DNA of 64,000 bases from Intoshia linei (taxonomy: Eukaryota; Animalia; Orthonectida): the NCBI GenBank assembly GCA_001642005.1, contig LWCA01000061.1, positions 1 to 64,000 on the forward strand, in the 5' to 3' direction. Positions 51,501-64,000 of this stretch are shown here, piece after piece. Made by a program: the position numbers and the translations under genes. How positions within the stretch are numbered: position 1 is the first letter of the stretch; each line of letters begins with the position of its first letter. Below the pieces are notes generated by a model. That model saw only the letters and a list, made by a program, of their open reading frames with translations. It was not told the origin of the DNA and did not search any database.

Positions 51501-54500
51501 TATATGATAAAATTTACTTTTTACAGTGAAGTAATAAAAAAGCATAAAAATAATGTGCTATTTCATTATCAGACTTTTCCGATTCCAGCATCGTATTCAA
51601 ACGACCCATTCTTTCGTCGTTTTTCAATTCTTTATCATTTTCAAAATTAAGTTTTGTGTTGTAGGTATTGATTAATCTTGAAACAACAGTTGTCATACAT
51701 AATAATGGGTCGATAAAATTTCCCACACCCGAACGAGTAAAAGTGGAGGTAATCTAAATTTTAATATCATTTTCACATAAAAATGAATAATTTGGATAAC
51801 TATTAAAATATACATTATATACATATAAAGTAGAATGTTTCACATTTCGAAAAATATTAGATTTTTATACAATTGAATTTCTTATATGAACTTGAATAGC
51901 TTCTACCCTAATAATTGCTAATATATTATTATATATTATATTATTAGTATTGCTTTCATACCGTGAAACACCTTAATATTAATATTAACCTTAGATATTG
52001 CACTAATGAAATAATCGTAATTTCCAATGTTTTTTTCATTGCTCCATAATTCTGTAACAATATGAACAGTTGACAAAAAATATTCAAATGTAATTTCACT
52101 ATCAAAAGACACTCGATTTAATAAATGTAAAAGTAGATTAATTTTGTCTTTCGATAAAGTTTCTCTGTTTTCAATAATAAAGAATAAATTTTGAAATGTA
52201 TTGTAATCTAAATGTAACATTTCAACGGCAGTTGAAGTATTGAGATCATGAACAATTTCCTATAATAAAAAAAATAAGCTACAATAGTTGAACATTGTTC
52301 AATGAACATGAGGTTGTCTATTTGCTTGTAACGATTCCGAAAAAATTAAGAATTTTACAATTCTGAAAATCCACAAATAATTTTTAATTTAAATATTTAG
52401 ACCCCTTTAAATTATTCTAAATTGTATCTTTACGGTCAAAAAACTCACTATTTTATAAACCGATATTTTGAAAATTAGTGCATAAAAATTAAAATTATCA
52501 AGTATAAAAGCATCGTATTACATTTCAATTTCAGAAATTTGCATCTTCAATATCAAAAAACCATGTAACCTTTGTGCTACAAAACATACACAGAAAACGC
52601 ACTACCAAACAGACAAGCTATTAAATAGATAAAATTACCATTTCAGTGTTGATGATTCGATTAATATTAAAAACAATATGAATAGGCAAAGTAGAAAAAA
52701 CTAAATTATGCTTTTTGTCTTTATTTTTAAAAGTAGACCAAAGAAACTTTGAAATAACCTGAAGATTATCAAAATATTCACAATTATTAAAAGTATCATT
52801 ACTGATATAACATGTATCAAACAAGGCCATAGATATAGAATCATTAATTTTTGGGTTCTGTTTGGTTGACACTATAGACAAAAGTTTGATAAAATCAACA
52901 AGCTGCAAATGAGTTATTTTGGAATGAGTCAATATATAGTAGACATTGTTGTAAGCTTGTGTATACCGTTTAGCCGCATAAATGGTATTGATATTAGCCT
53001 CACAATGAGCAGTAAAAGCCCATATCAAATTGTACAATTTCTCTTTAGACATTCGATGTAGAGGTAGCCGACGTATAAGAGAAAAGGAATGAAAATTTAA
53101 AGTACAATAAATATCAAAAACGTTAAACAGTAAAAGATATTCAATTTCAGATATAACTTGTAAGAACATATTGATATCTTGACTAGTTTTCTCAAACTTA
53201 GCCAAAACACTCTTGTTGATTACAAAAAATAATTCATACAAATTACCCATAACACCAAAACATTCATTCGTTATAATGGAATCGTTCATTTTTTCAACAA
53301 TTAATAGTAAATGACAGATTAAACATTTCATAAAATTTTTAACATCTTTATAAGATTCTATCATTTCATTAAAATCCACATTTTCAAATAATTTAGATAA
53401 ATCATATTTTTCATTGCAGCAATCAACGCCATATAATGATAAAAAAACATTTTTAAAATCAAATTGATTGAGCAAATTAATCATATCATCACTCGAAGTT
53501 TTTGTATAAATTTCCTTATTAATTATATTCACATGACCATCTTCATCCATTTCAACCCATTCATTTTCCACAAGTATTGAATTTTCAGATATAATTTTAT
53601 TGTAAATACTATCCAAATCATGAAAATCAAACAATGAAATATTTGCAAGTAAATCAAAGTATTGAGACATGCCCACATTTATTAATCTTTTTGGATTTAA
53701 AAAAATACAACAGGTTGACATTGAATCATATGGTAAACGCAACAAGTGGTAAATTGTAAAGTTTTCTATAGCAAAATATGTCGACTTATTTTTTACGTTT
53801 TCTTGGATAAAGGAATACAGTTCATATAATAATTGTAGAAAATAGTTGATTACGAAATTAGATTTCAAAATGTATGATAATCGTAAACTGCAATATATTT
53901 CATTTAAATATTCAAATATATTGCGCAATGAAGATGTATTTGTTTCACTTTTATCAAATTCTGTAGTCAACTTTTCTATTCCATTTTCAATGTCCATTCT
54001 AATACATTTAAATTAGATTTTTATGTGTTTTAAATTAAATTTCATTTATTTGAATAATATAGTCTATGGCAGTGACATGGGGGCCGGAATAACTTAACAA
54101 AAAATCCGCGGACCAAATGGAGAATATACATGACGGTATTTTAAATTAACGATTTAAAATTTAAGTTCATGATCTAGAAATAACAAGTCTATACTATCGA
54201 GTCGATATATATTTAAAATCTAAGTCTATGATTGTTGTAATTTGTATGTATGATAATTTGTAAAATATCACCGGTGTATTTTGTAATAGATTTGTAATTT
54301 GTGGACCGGATAAAATTCAATTTCTGGACTGATTTGGCTCGCGGCCGTAGTTTGGTGGCCACTGGTCTATGGCATATATTCTATGCACATTCAAAATATT
54401 TATGGGACACACCATATACTTCAATATCTTTTGTTCTATAAAGAAGACCTTGGTAAAAATGTATGCCTGTGTACTTGTAACCATTTATACAGTGTTGTGC

Positions 54501-57500
54501 ACTGAGATATGAGCTATTGTGCAGCTAAATAAACACAATTGTGCAATTAGATGCTAGTGTGCATCCACATATGGAGTATTATCCGCATGTGGATGCACAA
54601 TAGTGTCAATTTAGTTGCACCATAGCGTTTATTGAGTTGCACAATAGTACGTATCTCAGTGCACAACTCTGTATAGAAAACAGATAATCCCAGAAAATTT
54701 AAAAACATAAGTTATTACTAATAAATTATTAGTCAGTATGCTCCGATACAGAAATTAAGATAAATAAAAAATTTAAATCGCAAGAATTTACATCTTTATG
54801 GTGAAAACCCCAAGATAACTCCTTTTTTAAGTCCTGGAATTAAATACACATTTTTTTTTAAATTGTAGGATGCTTATATTTACTTTTTCATTTTTAATTC
54901 TATAATCCAACAATTGAAAAATATTGGTTGATAATATATTAAAAATTATTTTTCACCGGGAATGCGTAGATTTCTCGTTTAAAATTTTGTATTTATCAAC
55001 TACAACAGTGCTTCTCAAACTTTTTTGAGCGTTCACCCCCAATAAAACAAATATTATGACATGTCATAATTGTGTAAGAATACACAATTTGCACTTATAA
55101 ATGTACTGAATTAATTAAATTTGAGTACACATGACGTCTTCATGTGATCACATCATTTTAAATTTTCATTGTTTGTTTTAGGAATCATATATAATGCATG
55201 GTTTTTTCAATATTTTCATGAGAGTAAACATGTTTAAATCTACGTTGTAGATACAATTGTAGATGACCAACTTTAAAAAAATAATTGATTTAAAAATTTG
55301 GTTAAACTGAATGTATTTTCATAAAGAGTTAAGTCAATTTTGTACACAAAACATCTAAATTTGGTTTTTCAAAAAAATATTGGTAAAATAGGATTATTTC
55401 CTTAAGGGTTGGTAAAATTGGGATTTTTCTTTTGGGATCTGATAGAGGGATTTTTTATCTATAAGTTTGATAAAATTGGATTTTTCAAAAAATATTGGTA
55501 AAAAGAGTTTTTTTCCTTAGGGGTTGGTAAAACTTTGGTTTTTCACATATTTGACTAAATTGAAAAAAATATGTTAAAAATTTATCATTCCCCCTTATTC
55601 ACCCCTTAGGGTGCACAGTCACCCCCCATGAGAAGCACTGAACTAGAATAAGCTGAATCAGAATAATATTTTTTTTAATTGTACGACCGTTAATTATTTC
55701 AATTTTTTTGTATTAATAAAATAGTTTCCAAGTAAAAAAAAATGACTATTAAAGTGCTTTTTTGACCATGAAGGCGTCACTTAATTAAATTGAAATTTTT
55801 TGAGTGGGTCAACTGAATATAACTATATCGTAGCTTATTTTTTTTAAATTCTAGGGTTATTTTCATTTTTAAAAAAAAGGGTAATCTGGGTTTTAGACTG
55901 TGAAAATTACTTTTTTTGAAGTTACCATTTATGATAATGCTTATGAAATTTAAAAACCATACCAGAAGTTATGTTGTATAAAATTATAAGACTTTGGTAA
56001 TTTTTACAAAAAAGGGTAATTTGTAGTTTTGGCCGTGAAGGTATAAGATTTTGAAATTGCAAATTATCATAATATTCATCAATTAAAAACTTTTTATAAT
56101 TCTAGGACTGGTTTAAATTTAAAAACAAAGGATAATTGTGGTTTTTAACCTGAAAGGACTCAATTTCTAAAATTGAAATTTGCAATAAAATATGACTGGA
56201 AAAACTAATATAAGAATATAGAATTTGTAAAACCCAACTCCCCATACTTTCTGAAATAAATAAACAAATAAAGACATACATTTTTAACCATTTTACATTA
56301 TATAAGTACGGATTATCAAAAATAATAATATAATATGTAATATCGCTCAAAAATATGTTTTAGTTTTTTAAAAATTTTTATATTGCTGGTACGAGTGTCA
56401 GCATTTAATCCAGCCCTGTTAATGGTTGTTGTAGTAGGGAAGTTATAGTTCACTTTAATATTAAACTTCCTTTTAGTACATGTATTTTATCTATAATTTA
56501 ATAATGTTAGATTCGGACATTAAATCTACAAGATTCCTTCAGATCTAATAACCTATCTATTATATTACCACTACAATAGTTCTAGAATTTAAAAACTAAA
56601 TTTAAAACAGTAATAATAAACTTAAATTAACAATAATACGACTAACAACTCTAAAAAGAATGCATACAAACTATCACAGCCAAGCACAAGACCACCTGAA
56701 AATAAAAAATGGACCCAAAAAATTTTTTTGTAAATAATCACATTGTCTTTGTTAAATCAATTTCCTTGCCAGTATATTCATTGTACAATAATTCTCTTAA
56801 ATCAGACAAAGCTGTATTAAATTTGGTGATGGCAAATGTATCAAAAAGGGCTTCGCAATAATTCAAGATGAATGGTAAAAGATTTCCGTCTTTACATTCA
56901 ATCTAAATTTGATTATGTATTAATATGTCAATATAAATTTAATAGAATTTAAATAAATTGAATCAAATGCACTAAAAACAAATTCCCATTTTAATATCGA
57001 TGGGGATTAAATTTGAGTCTTGTTTCGTTTAATTGATATCAAAATTAGTTACGCAGTGTTACCAAAATTTTTTGTAAAATAACTCAAAAATCTACTCTTT
57101 TTCCCTCTAAAAAAGGAGAAAGAAAAGAGGCAAAAGGCCTATGATATTAACTTTGACTAACCTAATTTTAACTTTTTACTAAAAACTATCTTGAAATTAT
57201 TTAGTTTTAATTTCATCAACTTGACCAAAAAAACGAAAAATCAAACCTTGACATCCTGTGTCTTATTTTCAATAGACCAACATTTCTCCAAGTTTAATTT
57301 TATTGCATTGTGCTTGTGTTCAATAAGAGTAATGTTGTTATGAATATAAATGGACTGATTACACGCATTTCTGAATGTGGTGATAAGTTTTTCGTTTCTG
57401 ACGGTGTTTTTCTCTGCTATCAACTAAAAGTAATGATTAATTTTTGAAATGAAATGAGAATCGTTAGTCATGTAACAGATTAACTTATATAGAGTAATCA

Positions 57501-59053
57501 ATGTACAATCTAAAAATGTGCCAATTTAGGTAAAACATGTGTCATCTCATTAACTTGTGTTTAGATAACTTAAAAACGAAAATTCTGAGTCAATATTGTA
57601 CGGTGCATAAATTAAGATATATTTCACTTTTAGAAATGTTCATTTTCATTGACCAAAAAAATCTAAAGTACCTCTTTTTTAGAAATAGTCTGTACTGAAA
57701 AAAACTTAAATTTTAAGTTTTTTATATCTAATGCAGTCTTATAAATTTTATTATCTGAAATTTGCATCTTCACGACCAAAACCCAGATTACAGATTTTTT
57801 AAAAAATATAAAGTAACAAGTCGTAGAAATTAAATAAAAATCAAATCCATTTTCCAGGTATTTGCAGTTAACATACAAAAAAATGTAAATATCAGAATGT
57901 TACGCCTTACCGGTTAAGAAAAGGAATTGACTATTAACTCCGTTTTACATTACTGTACCAATTGTATTTATAAATTATTTCATTACCAAATATTTCAGTA
58001 TCAATAATATTTCATTTTATCATTCCACGCAATTTTTTATTTTCAAAAATTTTCAGAAATTATACACTTCAATCAAGTTTATTTAATTCTAAACTTTGAT
58101 AGTTTTGAAAATAAGAAATTGCGTAGAAATGATAAAAAAACCGAAGAAATTAATTTATGAGATTGAAAATAATATTTCTGTATTTCAAATATCTATACAT
58201 TCATTTCCACTTTTTTTTAAATTGTAGAATGAATATTTAAATTTTCATTTTTACATTTGTTAATTCAAAAATTTGAAAAATATTGGTTGATAATATATTA
58301 AAAGTTATTTTTCACCGGGAAAACGCAGATTTCTGGGGTTGAAATTTTGAATCTATATCAACTGGAATAAGCTGTACCAGAAGAATATTTTTTTAAATTT
58401 TAAGACCATTATTTATTTTAAATTTTTAGTTAATTTAAAATACTTGTATACTTGTAGTTACCAAATAAAATAAATATAAATACCAACGCGCTTTTTTGAC
58501 CGTGAAGGTGCCACTTTGTCAGATTGAATTTTTTTGTGTGTTAACTGGATATAACTGCAATTTTTTTAACAATTCTAATTTTAAAAAAGAGGTAATTTGT
58601 GATTTTTACGATAAATGTGTAAGTTTCAGCGGTTGAGATTTACGACAATGTTAATGCTTTTAATCTGTATCCCAGAATTTATGTTTTTAAAATCCCAAGG
58701 CTGATTTTATTTTTAAAAAAAGTGGAAATTAAGTTTTTGATCCAGAAGTACTCAATTTCCGAAAATGAAAAGTGGATTACAACATCACTCTCGAAAATTA
58801 TGTGACTAATCGGCTTTAAATACGACCAATAATTTTTTAAATAAACACACACACACTTAGTGACTCAGATATTCAATTTCATATCTGATAAATGCATAAT
58901 GTATAATTATAATACAATTAAAATTTGAATTTAAATTGAAATTCATTATTTCAAATTAATAAATATACATAAACTAATAATTGCCTCATTTTCATAATTA
59001 TTATTGCCAATATAATCAGTTTTGCAAATAATTCTTTCGTCTGTAGTCTTCAT
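30587..59053 (-). CDS. EPG5: Ectopic P-granules autophagy protein 5 (EPG5) homologue, many exons (e.g. 57423-57247, 56902-56742, 53998-52639, 47370-47107, last exon 30878-30587); 5' start uncertain
   Basis: Colinear EPG5-like motifs: CWSIENKTQDVK|IECKDG, HLLRLP, WVEMDEDG, DDMINLLNQFDF, WNRFFSIYLKR, YWLQEERF....MY..PLPSQY, LWESIITFYEPWI...YLPW, AFVAVFLS. Not every exon was traced. Confidence 0.88.
37280..40200 (+). mobile_element. Degenerate Ty3/Gypsy sequence in an EPG5 intron: gag-like, RNase H, integrase, RT, second RNase H
   Basis: RH1 (YASKKL, ELYAIFWAV, TDH, YRPGKENVADDALSR); INT (HPG, C..C, IDIMGPL, IDHFT.W.E, TDQGTQF, VER.HRT); RT (KKDG..RLVQDYRKLN, FSTLDLTSGFYQI, MPQGL, YMDD); RH2 (CDAS..GIGAVL, YRPG..N..ADFLSR). 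Many stops and frameshifts; no LTR pair seen. Confidence 0.9.
40515..40570 (+). repeat. Helitron 3' terminus (further isolated 3' ends at ~46735-46785 and ~49075-49115)
   Basis: GCAGAGCTAG + hairpin TGTAC-AAA-GTACA + degenerate TTAG|T. Confidence 0.65.
41214..45164 (-). mobile_element. Composite Helitron (~3.95 kb) with nested hAT elements and internal tandem duplications
   Basis: Minus-strand 5' end TCCTAACTTATATAAAAGGCT at 45164; hairpin + CTAG|T at 41214; 3x ~55-bp and 2x ~54-bp tandem duplications. Confidence 0.78.
42284..42654. mobile_element. hAT-type MITE
   Basis: Ends TAGGGTCAC / GTGGCCCTC, subterminal inverted GGCACATTCTT, perfect 8-bp TSD ATCACAAC. Confidence 0.75.
45801..46091. 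mobile_element. hAT (Buster/Charlie-type) MITE
   Basis: TIRs CAGTGCTTTCCAACC / GGTTGGAAAGCATTG; perfect 8-bp TSD GAGTAGTG. Confidence 0.92.
49700..49830 (+). mobile_element. hATm-like transposase C-terminal fragment
   Basis: Peptide LALTNEVAERGIH resembles the NDxAERGIK motif. Confidence 0.5.
50211..51088. mobile_element. piggyBac-type MITE A
   Basis: TTAA|CCCTTAAACACC ... GGTGTCTAAGGG|GTAA; same right end with intact TTAA at ~46525-46560. Confidence 0.78.
50644..51052. mobile_element. piggyBac-type MITE B, nested in MITE A
   Basis: TTAA|CCCTTACGAGAC ... GTCTCGTAAGGG|TTAA. Confidence 0.9.
54070..54364. mobile_element. hAT (Buster/Charlie-type) MITE
   Basis: CAGTG...CACTG ends; perfect 8-bp TSD GTCTATGG. 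Confidence 0.85.
54490..54671. mobile_element. TA-flanked foldback (whole-length palindromic) MITE
   Basis: TA|CAGTGTTGTGCACTGAGATA ... TATCTCAGTGCACAACTCTG|TA; arms pair up to GTGCATCCACAT / ATGTGGATGCAC. Confidence 0.88.
54845..56312 (-). mobile_element. Helitron subfamily B copy (3'-truncated)
   Basis: Minus-strand 5' end TCCGTACTTATATAATG at 56312, followed by the family core. Confidence 0.78.
55006..55640. mobile_element. hAT MITE with internal degenerate tandem repeats, inserted into the Helitron
   Basis: TIRs CAGTGCTTCTCA / TGAGAAGCACTG; TSD AACTACAA/AACTAGAA duplicating Helitron sequence. Confidence 0.87.
57990..58860 (-). repeat. Diverged Helitron family copy
   Basis: Reverse complement of core (ttttcaccggga...gatttctggggttgaaattttg; ttttgaccgtgaagg). 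Confidence 0.7.
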
Positions 59054-60051
59054 TTAATTTTATATTTTAGAGATTAAAAATTATCATTTATATCAAATGA
59101 AGCTATAGCAGTATAAAAATGTTTACACAATGATAAATAAATATTTTACCTTTAACACAGTTTTCATAATTTTATTTTACATATATTGTATTATCTTTGT
59201 TTGAGATTAAATTTGTTTTCAGTTATAGAAAAATTGGAGCAATATTTTATTAATTAAAATATTAGTATTTTATAATGATTTATAAAGTAATGATTCACCG
59301 AACTGAAGAGAACGCCATTGCACTTGGATACATTTCAGTTTATAATGACATTTTCCGTAAATAAACTTTTCAATTTATTAATTTCAATCACAATTTATTT
59401 CAAAAATAGAAATTGACCTGAATATCTTTGGTTACACGGTTATTAAGGAAATTATACAATTATAACAACACTAATCATAATTAAACTATAATTACATAGT
59501 ATGTAATACATACTATGTATATTAGTGTGCTTCAAAAAAAAGAAAATTTTTAAAATTGAGAAAGAACATTTGATATTTTGATAAGGGTGGTAAATAATGA
59601 TTGGCAAAAAAATTAATTCGATTCGATTAATTTTACTTTGGCACCCGAGTTATTATTTGACAAATATTAATTAAAACAATAATCCAATGGGTGACAAAGG
59701 CAAAGATTCATTTTATGAAAAAGTGAATTAAAAATAATAGTCGTATCGATTCGAAAAACGGAGGTTTTTTAACATAATATGTAATTTTTTATATATTTTA
59801 AAATTTGGACCAAAATTAAAATAAAATGATTTATAAATAAAAGAGCAAGTGTTTCATAATTTTAATTTATATGTAGTGTACCAGTTATTTGTTTAGTTGT
59901 TATAGCGTAGTTGTATAGTTTTCATAGAGTGAGCGAGTTGTCGATATTTAAAAATTTAAGAATGAGGAAATTATACAAATAAAATAAATCCAATTCTACA
60001 TTCTTACTTATATGATACAGTATCGGTAAAAAGGCTTGGACCCTCTGTGGT

Positions 60052-60349
60052 GAAAAATGTTATGCCTATCAAAATTTTATATCTATCAAATAGAAGATCA
60101 ATATAGAAACAGCATTACACTAACAAAACAAGGTAATTGAGCACTGTTTAATTAATGATGAATGTATTTTAAGCCAGATTAATTGTAGGTTAAATAACAG
60201 CGTGCAAAATGCACGAAATAGTGTATTATAAGACAAAATTAATTTAGGTTACATTTCATCTTGAAAAATTATACTATACTATTTTAGTCAAAAATATTAA
60301 CTAAAATTAAATCGCTAGGTATAAACTTTTGATAGGCATAACATTTTTC
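60052..60349. mobile_element. MITE-like inverted-repeat element
   Basis: GAAAAATGTTATGCCTATCAAAATTTTATATCTA / TAGGTATAAACTTTTGATAGGCATAACATTTTTC. Confidence 0.7.
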
Positions 60350-60361
60350 GCGACGGATTGA

Positions 60362-60992
60362 TGTTATTGAAAAATTTTCGAACTACCAAAAAAAAATTTT
60401 TTTACACATAATTCACTTTTAACTGGTCATAAAAAAAGCCCTTAAAAATTATACCGTACACTATTAGCGCTTCAACGCAAGATTTTTAAATTTTATCAGT
60501 TTATGAAGAATAGATATTTAAAAAATATTATAATAAATAATTCCTGAAAATTAAAAATTGATTTTGTTTATAAAAATCAATAAGAAACGAATTTTACAAT
60601 AAAAGAGTTAATTTAGTTCTAAATTAAATTAAGCTATGTGTAAGAAAAGATAGAATTCCTGAAGATTACATTTTTAAACAATTGACAAGATTAGTTTTTA
60701 TTGAAAATTTAAATCAGAGTTTAAGTTTAAAAGTTTGACACTAATTTTTAAAAATTTACAAAATAAACTCAAATTTCTTTTCGGTGTACCGGTTAAGAAC
60801 TACTGCTTAACAGGAATATGAGAATATATTTAAACATGTACTATTTATCAAAGACTGATAAAATTTCAAAATTTTGCGTTGAAGCGCTAATAGTGTACGG
60901 TATAATTTTTAAGGGCTTTTTTTATGACCAGTTAAAAGTGAATTATGTGTAAAAAAATTTTTTTTTGGTAGGTCGAAAATTTTTGAATAACA
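60362..60992. mobile_element. Non-autonomous DNA transposon with ~125-bp near-perfect TIRs
   Basis: 60362-60487 is the reverse complement of ~60868-60992 with few mismatches. Confidence 0.85.
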
Positions 60993-63099
60993 CTAATGTT
61001 AGCAATAATTTTTGGTGGTGAAATATCCCTAAAAAAACCTAGAGCATCGTCAAAGGCCAGATGGGTGTCTCATATAATTTATTGTGCTAAATCGTTTATA
61101 TTGGATATTAATAAATCCACGAAACAAAATGTTTCCTAATATGGGTGTTTTATGGATATTTAACATTTTGGCTAAGGGCATCTGATACACAGCAAATTAG
61201 GATCAATGGTATGGCCATGGTCATTAGGGTGTCACAATTTTAGAATTTAATGGGCGATTAGTAATCCCGGATTTAATTTAAGGAGTGGTTCCGAAACTTG
61301 TTTCAGGTGGAACCATCATATCACATTATTTTTTACTTTAAAGTGATTTATTCCATCTTAATTTTTTTTAGTTAAAATTTGCGTAAAGAATTTTAAAAAT
61401 AATTGTTATCCCATTGTTTTAATTTATTAAACAGAATGTGTCTATAATATTAAAAATAAAATAAAAATAGTCCAATCCTAAAAATTGTCATAAATAGCAT
61501 AAATTCAAAAAAAAAATAAAATTATAAAAACCTATTTTGTCAGTTTCAATGTGATAATATATATTCAGTACTAACTTAATAAATACTTAAAAATACCAAT
61601 TATGTATTATAATTAATTAATGTAAATAATATAATTAAATGTCTACTAATAAAAAATTTTGAATGCGTATAAAATTTATATGAGTGTTGCCGTTTTAAAA
61701 ATTTAAACTTTTAAATTTTTGCAACAACGTGAATTTATTTTATAAGTATAATAAAAATGTGCCCTCGGCACAGCTAGGTGCTATTTGTACGTAGTACATA
61801 ACAGTCAACCTACTATTATATAATCAGCATCATTCTTGAAAAAATAAATTAGATATTGGAAATATTAAATTCTACGACTCTTAGTTTTTTGAATTTTTAA
61901 ACTAGCAAAACTCACATAAATTTTATACGGATTCAAAATTTTTTATTAGTAGACATTTAATCATAATAATTTGAGCAAGTAGTATTATAAAATGCTATGT
62001 ATCTATTAATTATTTTGGAAATTGTTCAATTTATAATATGTGGAATTTGCATTTGGATATATATTAGTATGTACATATTATTATTTATATATTATAGTGT
62101 ATATTTAGTTAAATATGTTTAATTAACACAATGATGTGAATAACTAAAAATTTTTCACGTTTTAGTTTAAATGATTGTTATATGCATATTTGAATCCTAT
62201 ACTAAACTATATGACTTTCAAAGTATCATATATGTATATGAGTACAAAATATGTACTTACAATCAATATTAAACTCATTAAAATCAAACTTACAATATGT
62301 TAATATTAAAATCTAAGTAATGGATAACACATTTTTTCAGAATTTTTTCATTTTAGGCTAAAATTGAGCTCATTTTTAGAAGCAAAATTAATTTACAGTA
62401 GTACAATTTTATTATAACTTTTAAAAAAGTGGCCAATTATATGAATTTCGTATTAATTAGTATAGCCATTTTTCTAGCGTCTACCGCAGGAGTCATTTTA
62501 AGTTTTTATAATGAAAAATTTTTAACAGTAAATTTGAATTTGTAGTTGTCAAAAATCGTGTTATATTATCTTTGGAAATTTAAATTCAATGTAATTTGTA
62601 CAAAAATTAATTGACTTATTGAAATTTCAGCAATATGTATAATGTATGTAAAGTTAATTTAATTCGAATTCTAATAAAGATTTGATATATAAATTAACTT
62701 TAAATTATTGATTTTCAATTTTTTTATGATCTTATCCAGAGCCGAGCCTACAAATCTCGAGACCGTCCAATAATGAAAAATAGACCATTAAAAAAGTTTT
62801 CTCAAGAGTGGAGAGGGTTAAATAGCCCTATCCATCCATCAAATGCTCTTGATTTGCCATTTTAAATTAACGCACAAAATGGCATTCATTATAATTTATA
62901 ATTAACCCATTTTCTCCCAATGTGACTATATGGTCACTAGATATATGACTAATTCAAAAAATAATTAATTGTAAATACCTGTATGTTGGAACAATGAGAA
63001 AATATATATGAAATAGTGTAGTCATTTCAAAATTCGTTGAAACTCAAAAAGACATACGCAATAATTGAAAAGCTTTATTTTATAAATAAAATATATAGT

Positions 63100-63990
63100 T
63101 ATAACTCAATTGTCGCAATAAATTTGTAATTCAACTATATATCACTCCTATAGGAATCCCATAATTCTGTCATCACCTTTATGCTTTGCTCGGCAACAAT
63201 ATTTGTTCTAGGAACTTTAATAATGGGAGGTTCGAAATTGCAATGATTTAAAAAACACTTTTTTGCTTTAGGGTACTTTTCTAGTGCAATCTTCATACCA
63301 CGTTGAAGAATTTTTTCAAAATACTAGTTATGAAACCACAATGAAGACTATTGATGAGATATAAAAGAGCACAACAATCTAAAGTCATTATTTTAGTGGC
63401 ATTCAAAAATACAAAAATATGCAATCACGCATATATTGCAAGAGAGTTCCACCTAGCTATAGAAATTGACGGCAATTTATGCCATATAATTTTTGGAAAA
63501 CAATTGTATCTTTCGAAAAATTCAAAATCCTTTGCTAATTCATATAGAAACTTGAAATCTGCTCTTCATGTCGAATTTTCTCTGTCAACTATCTTTGTTG
63601 CCGTAAATTTATAATTTTTTACAAGATTTCCATAATTAGAAGTTACATCTGCTAGGAATTTGTGATTTAAATTAGGGGAACTACTTGGACATCCTGATAC
63701 ATGATCTATAGAGTGTTTCAAAATGCGATCCAAGATATGATGTTGACACATAACATATTGGGATTTATCCAGAAAACGATTAAAAAATTGTTCACAACAT
63801 TTTTGAACAATTTCCAAGCACGTAATTCAATTTCTGTCATAGAACTATCAAATCTTTCACATTTAAAAATTTTATTTATTGGTGGTCCGGTAAAAATTGC
63901 ATTTAATATTTTTGCATCGGATATATGAGGAAACAAATGTTTTATCACATGATCTACTGTAGGAGAATTTGGAGGGTTTCTTTGAATTTT
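63100..63990 (-). mobile_element. Degenerate DNA-transposase sequence: Chapaev-like fragment joined to an hATm-like fragment
   Basis: FPHISDAKILNAIFTGPPI...AWKLFKNVVNNFL, then (frameshift) CQHHILDRILKH, ARWNSLAIY, VPRTNIVAEQSIKVM. Confidence 0.7.
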
Positions 63991-64000
63991 ACAAATAAAT

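Larger units (their letters stand above)
60002..61813 (+). mobile_element. Possible Helitron-bounded composite containing two MITEs and an hATm-like fragment (61015-61130)
   Basis: TCTTACTTATATGA 5'-like end; clear family 3' hairpin at 61780-61805; peptide PRASSKARWVSHIIY resembles hATm PGAxHHARWM..IY. Confidence 0.5.

Noticed and set aside
977-59053. Functional cluster of endolysosomal genes (PLA2G15-like, SLC46, Notch, EPG5)
   Set aside because: Mixed orientations, COQ4 interspersed, and no shared motif seen; cannot be distinguished from chance without synteny data

Overview
AT-rich animal (metazoan) genomic DNA with many 32-46 nt spliceosomal introns, interspersed with transposon-filled large introns. 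The style resembles a reduced invertebrate genome such as the orthonectid Intoshia, but the species is unverified. Manual splicing recovers: an LCAT/PLA2G15-like lipase/acyltransferase (- strand, continues off the left edge), an SLC46-type MFS transporter (+), a low-confidence multi-exon orphan gene (-), a complete 14-exon Notch receptor (-, about 1833 aa), COQ4 (+) and a ~28-kb EPG5 (-). Non-genic space is dominated by a non-autonomous Helitron family (A|TC 5' end, hairpin + CTAG|T 3' end). It also holds hAT, pogo, Tc1-type, piggyBac-type and foldback MITEs, Ty3/Gypsy remnants and hATm/Chapaev-like transposase fragments, often nested. The strongest lead is a remodelled Notch: a single LNR-B-like module, no S1 furin site, TYYP in place of the WxP CSL-binding motif, and almost no O-fucose sites. 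Also notable are two convergent gene pairs with essentially no 3' intergenic space and a retroelement remnant with RH-INT-RT-RH domain order. All family assignments come from motif recognition by eye; no searches were run.
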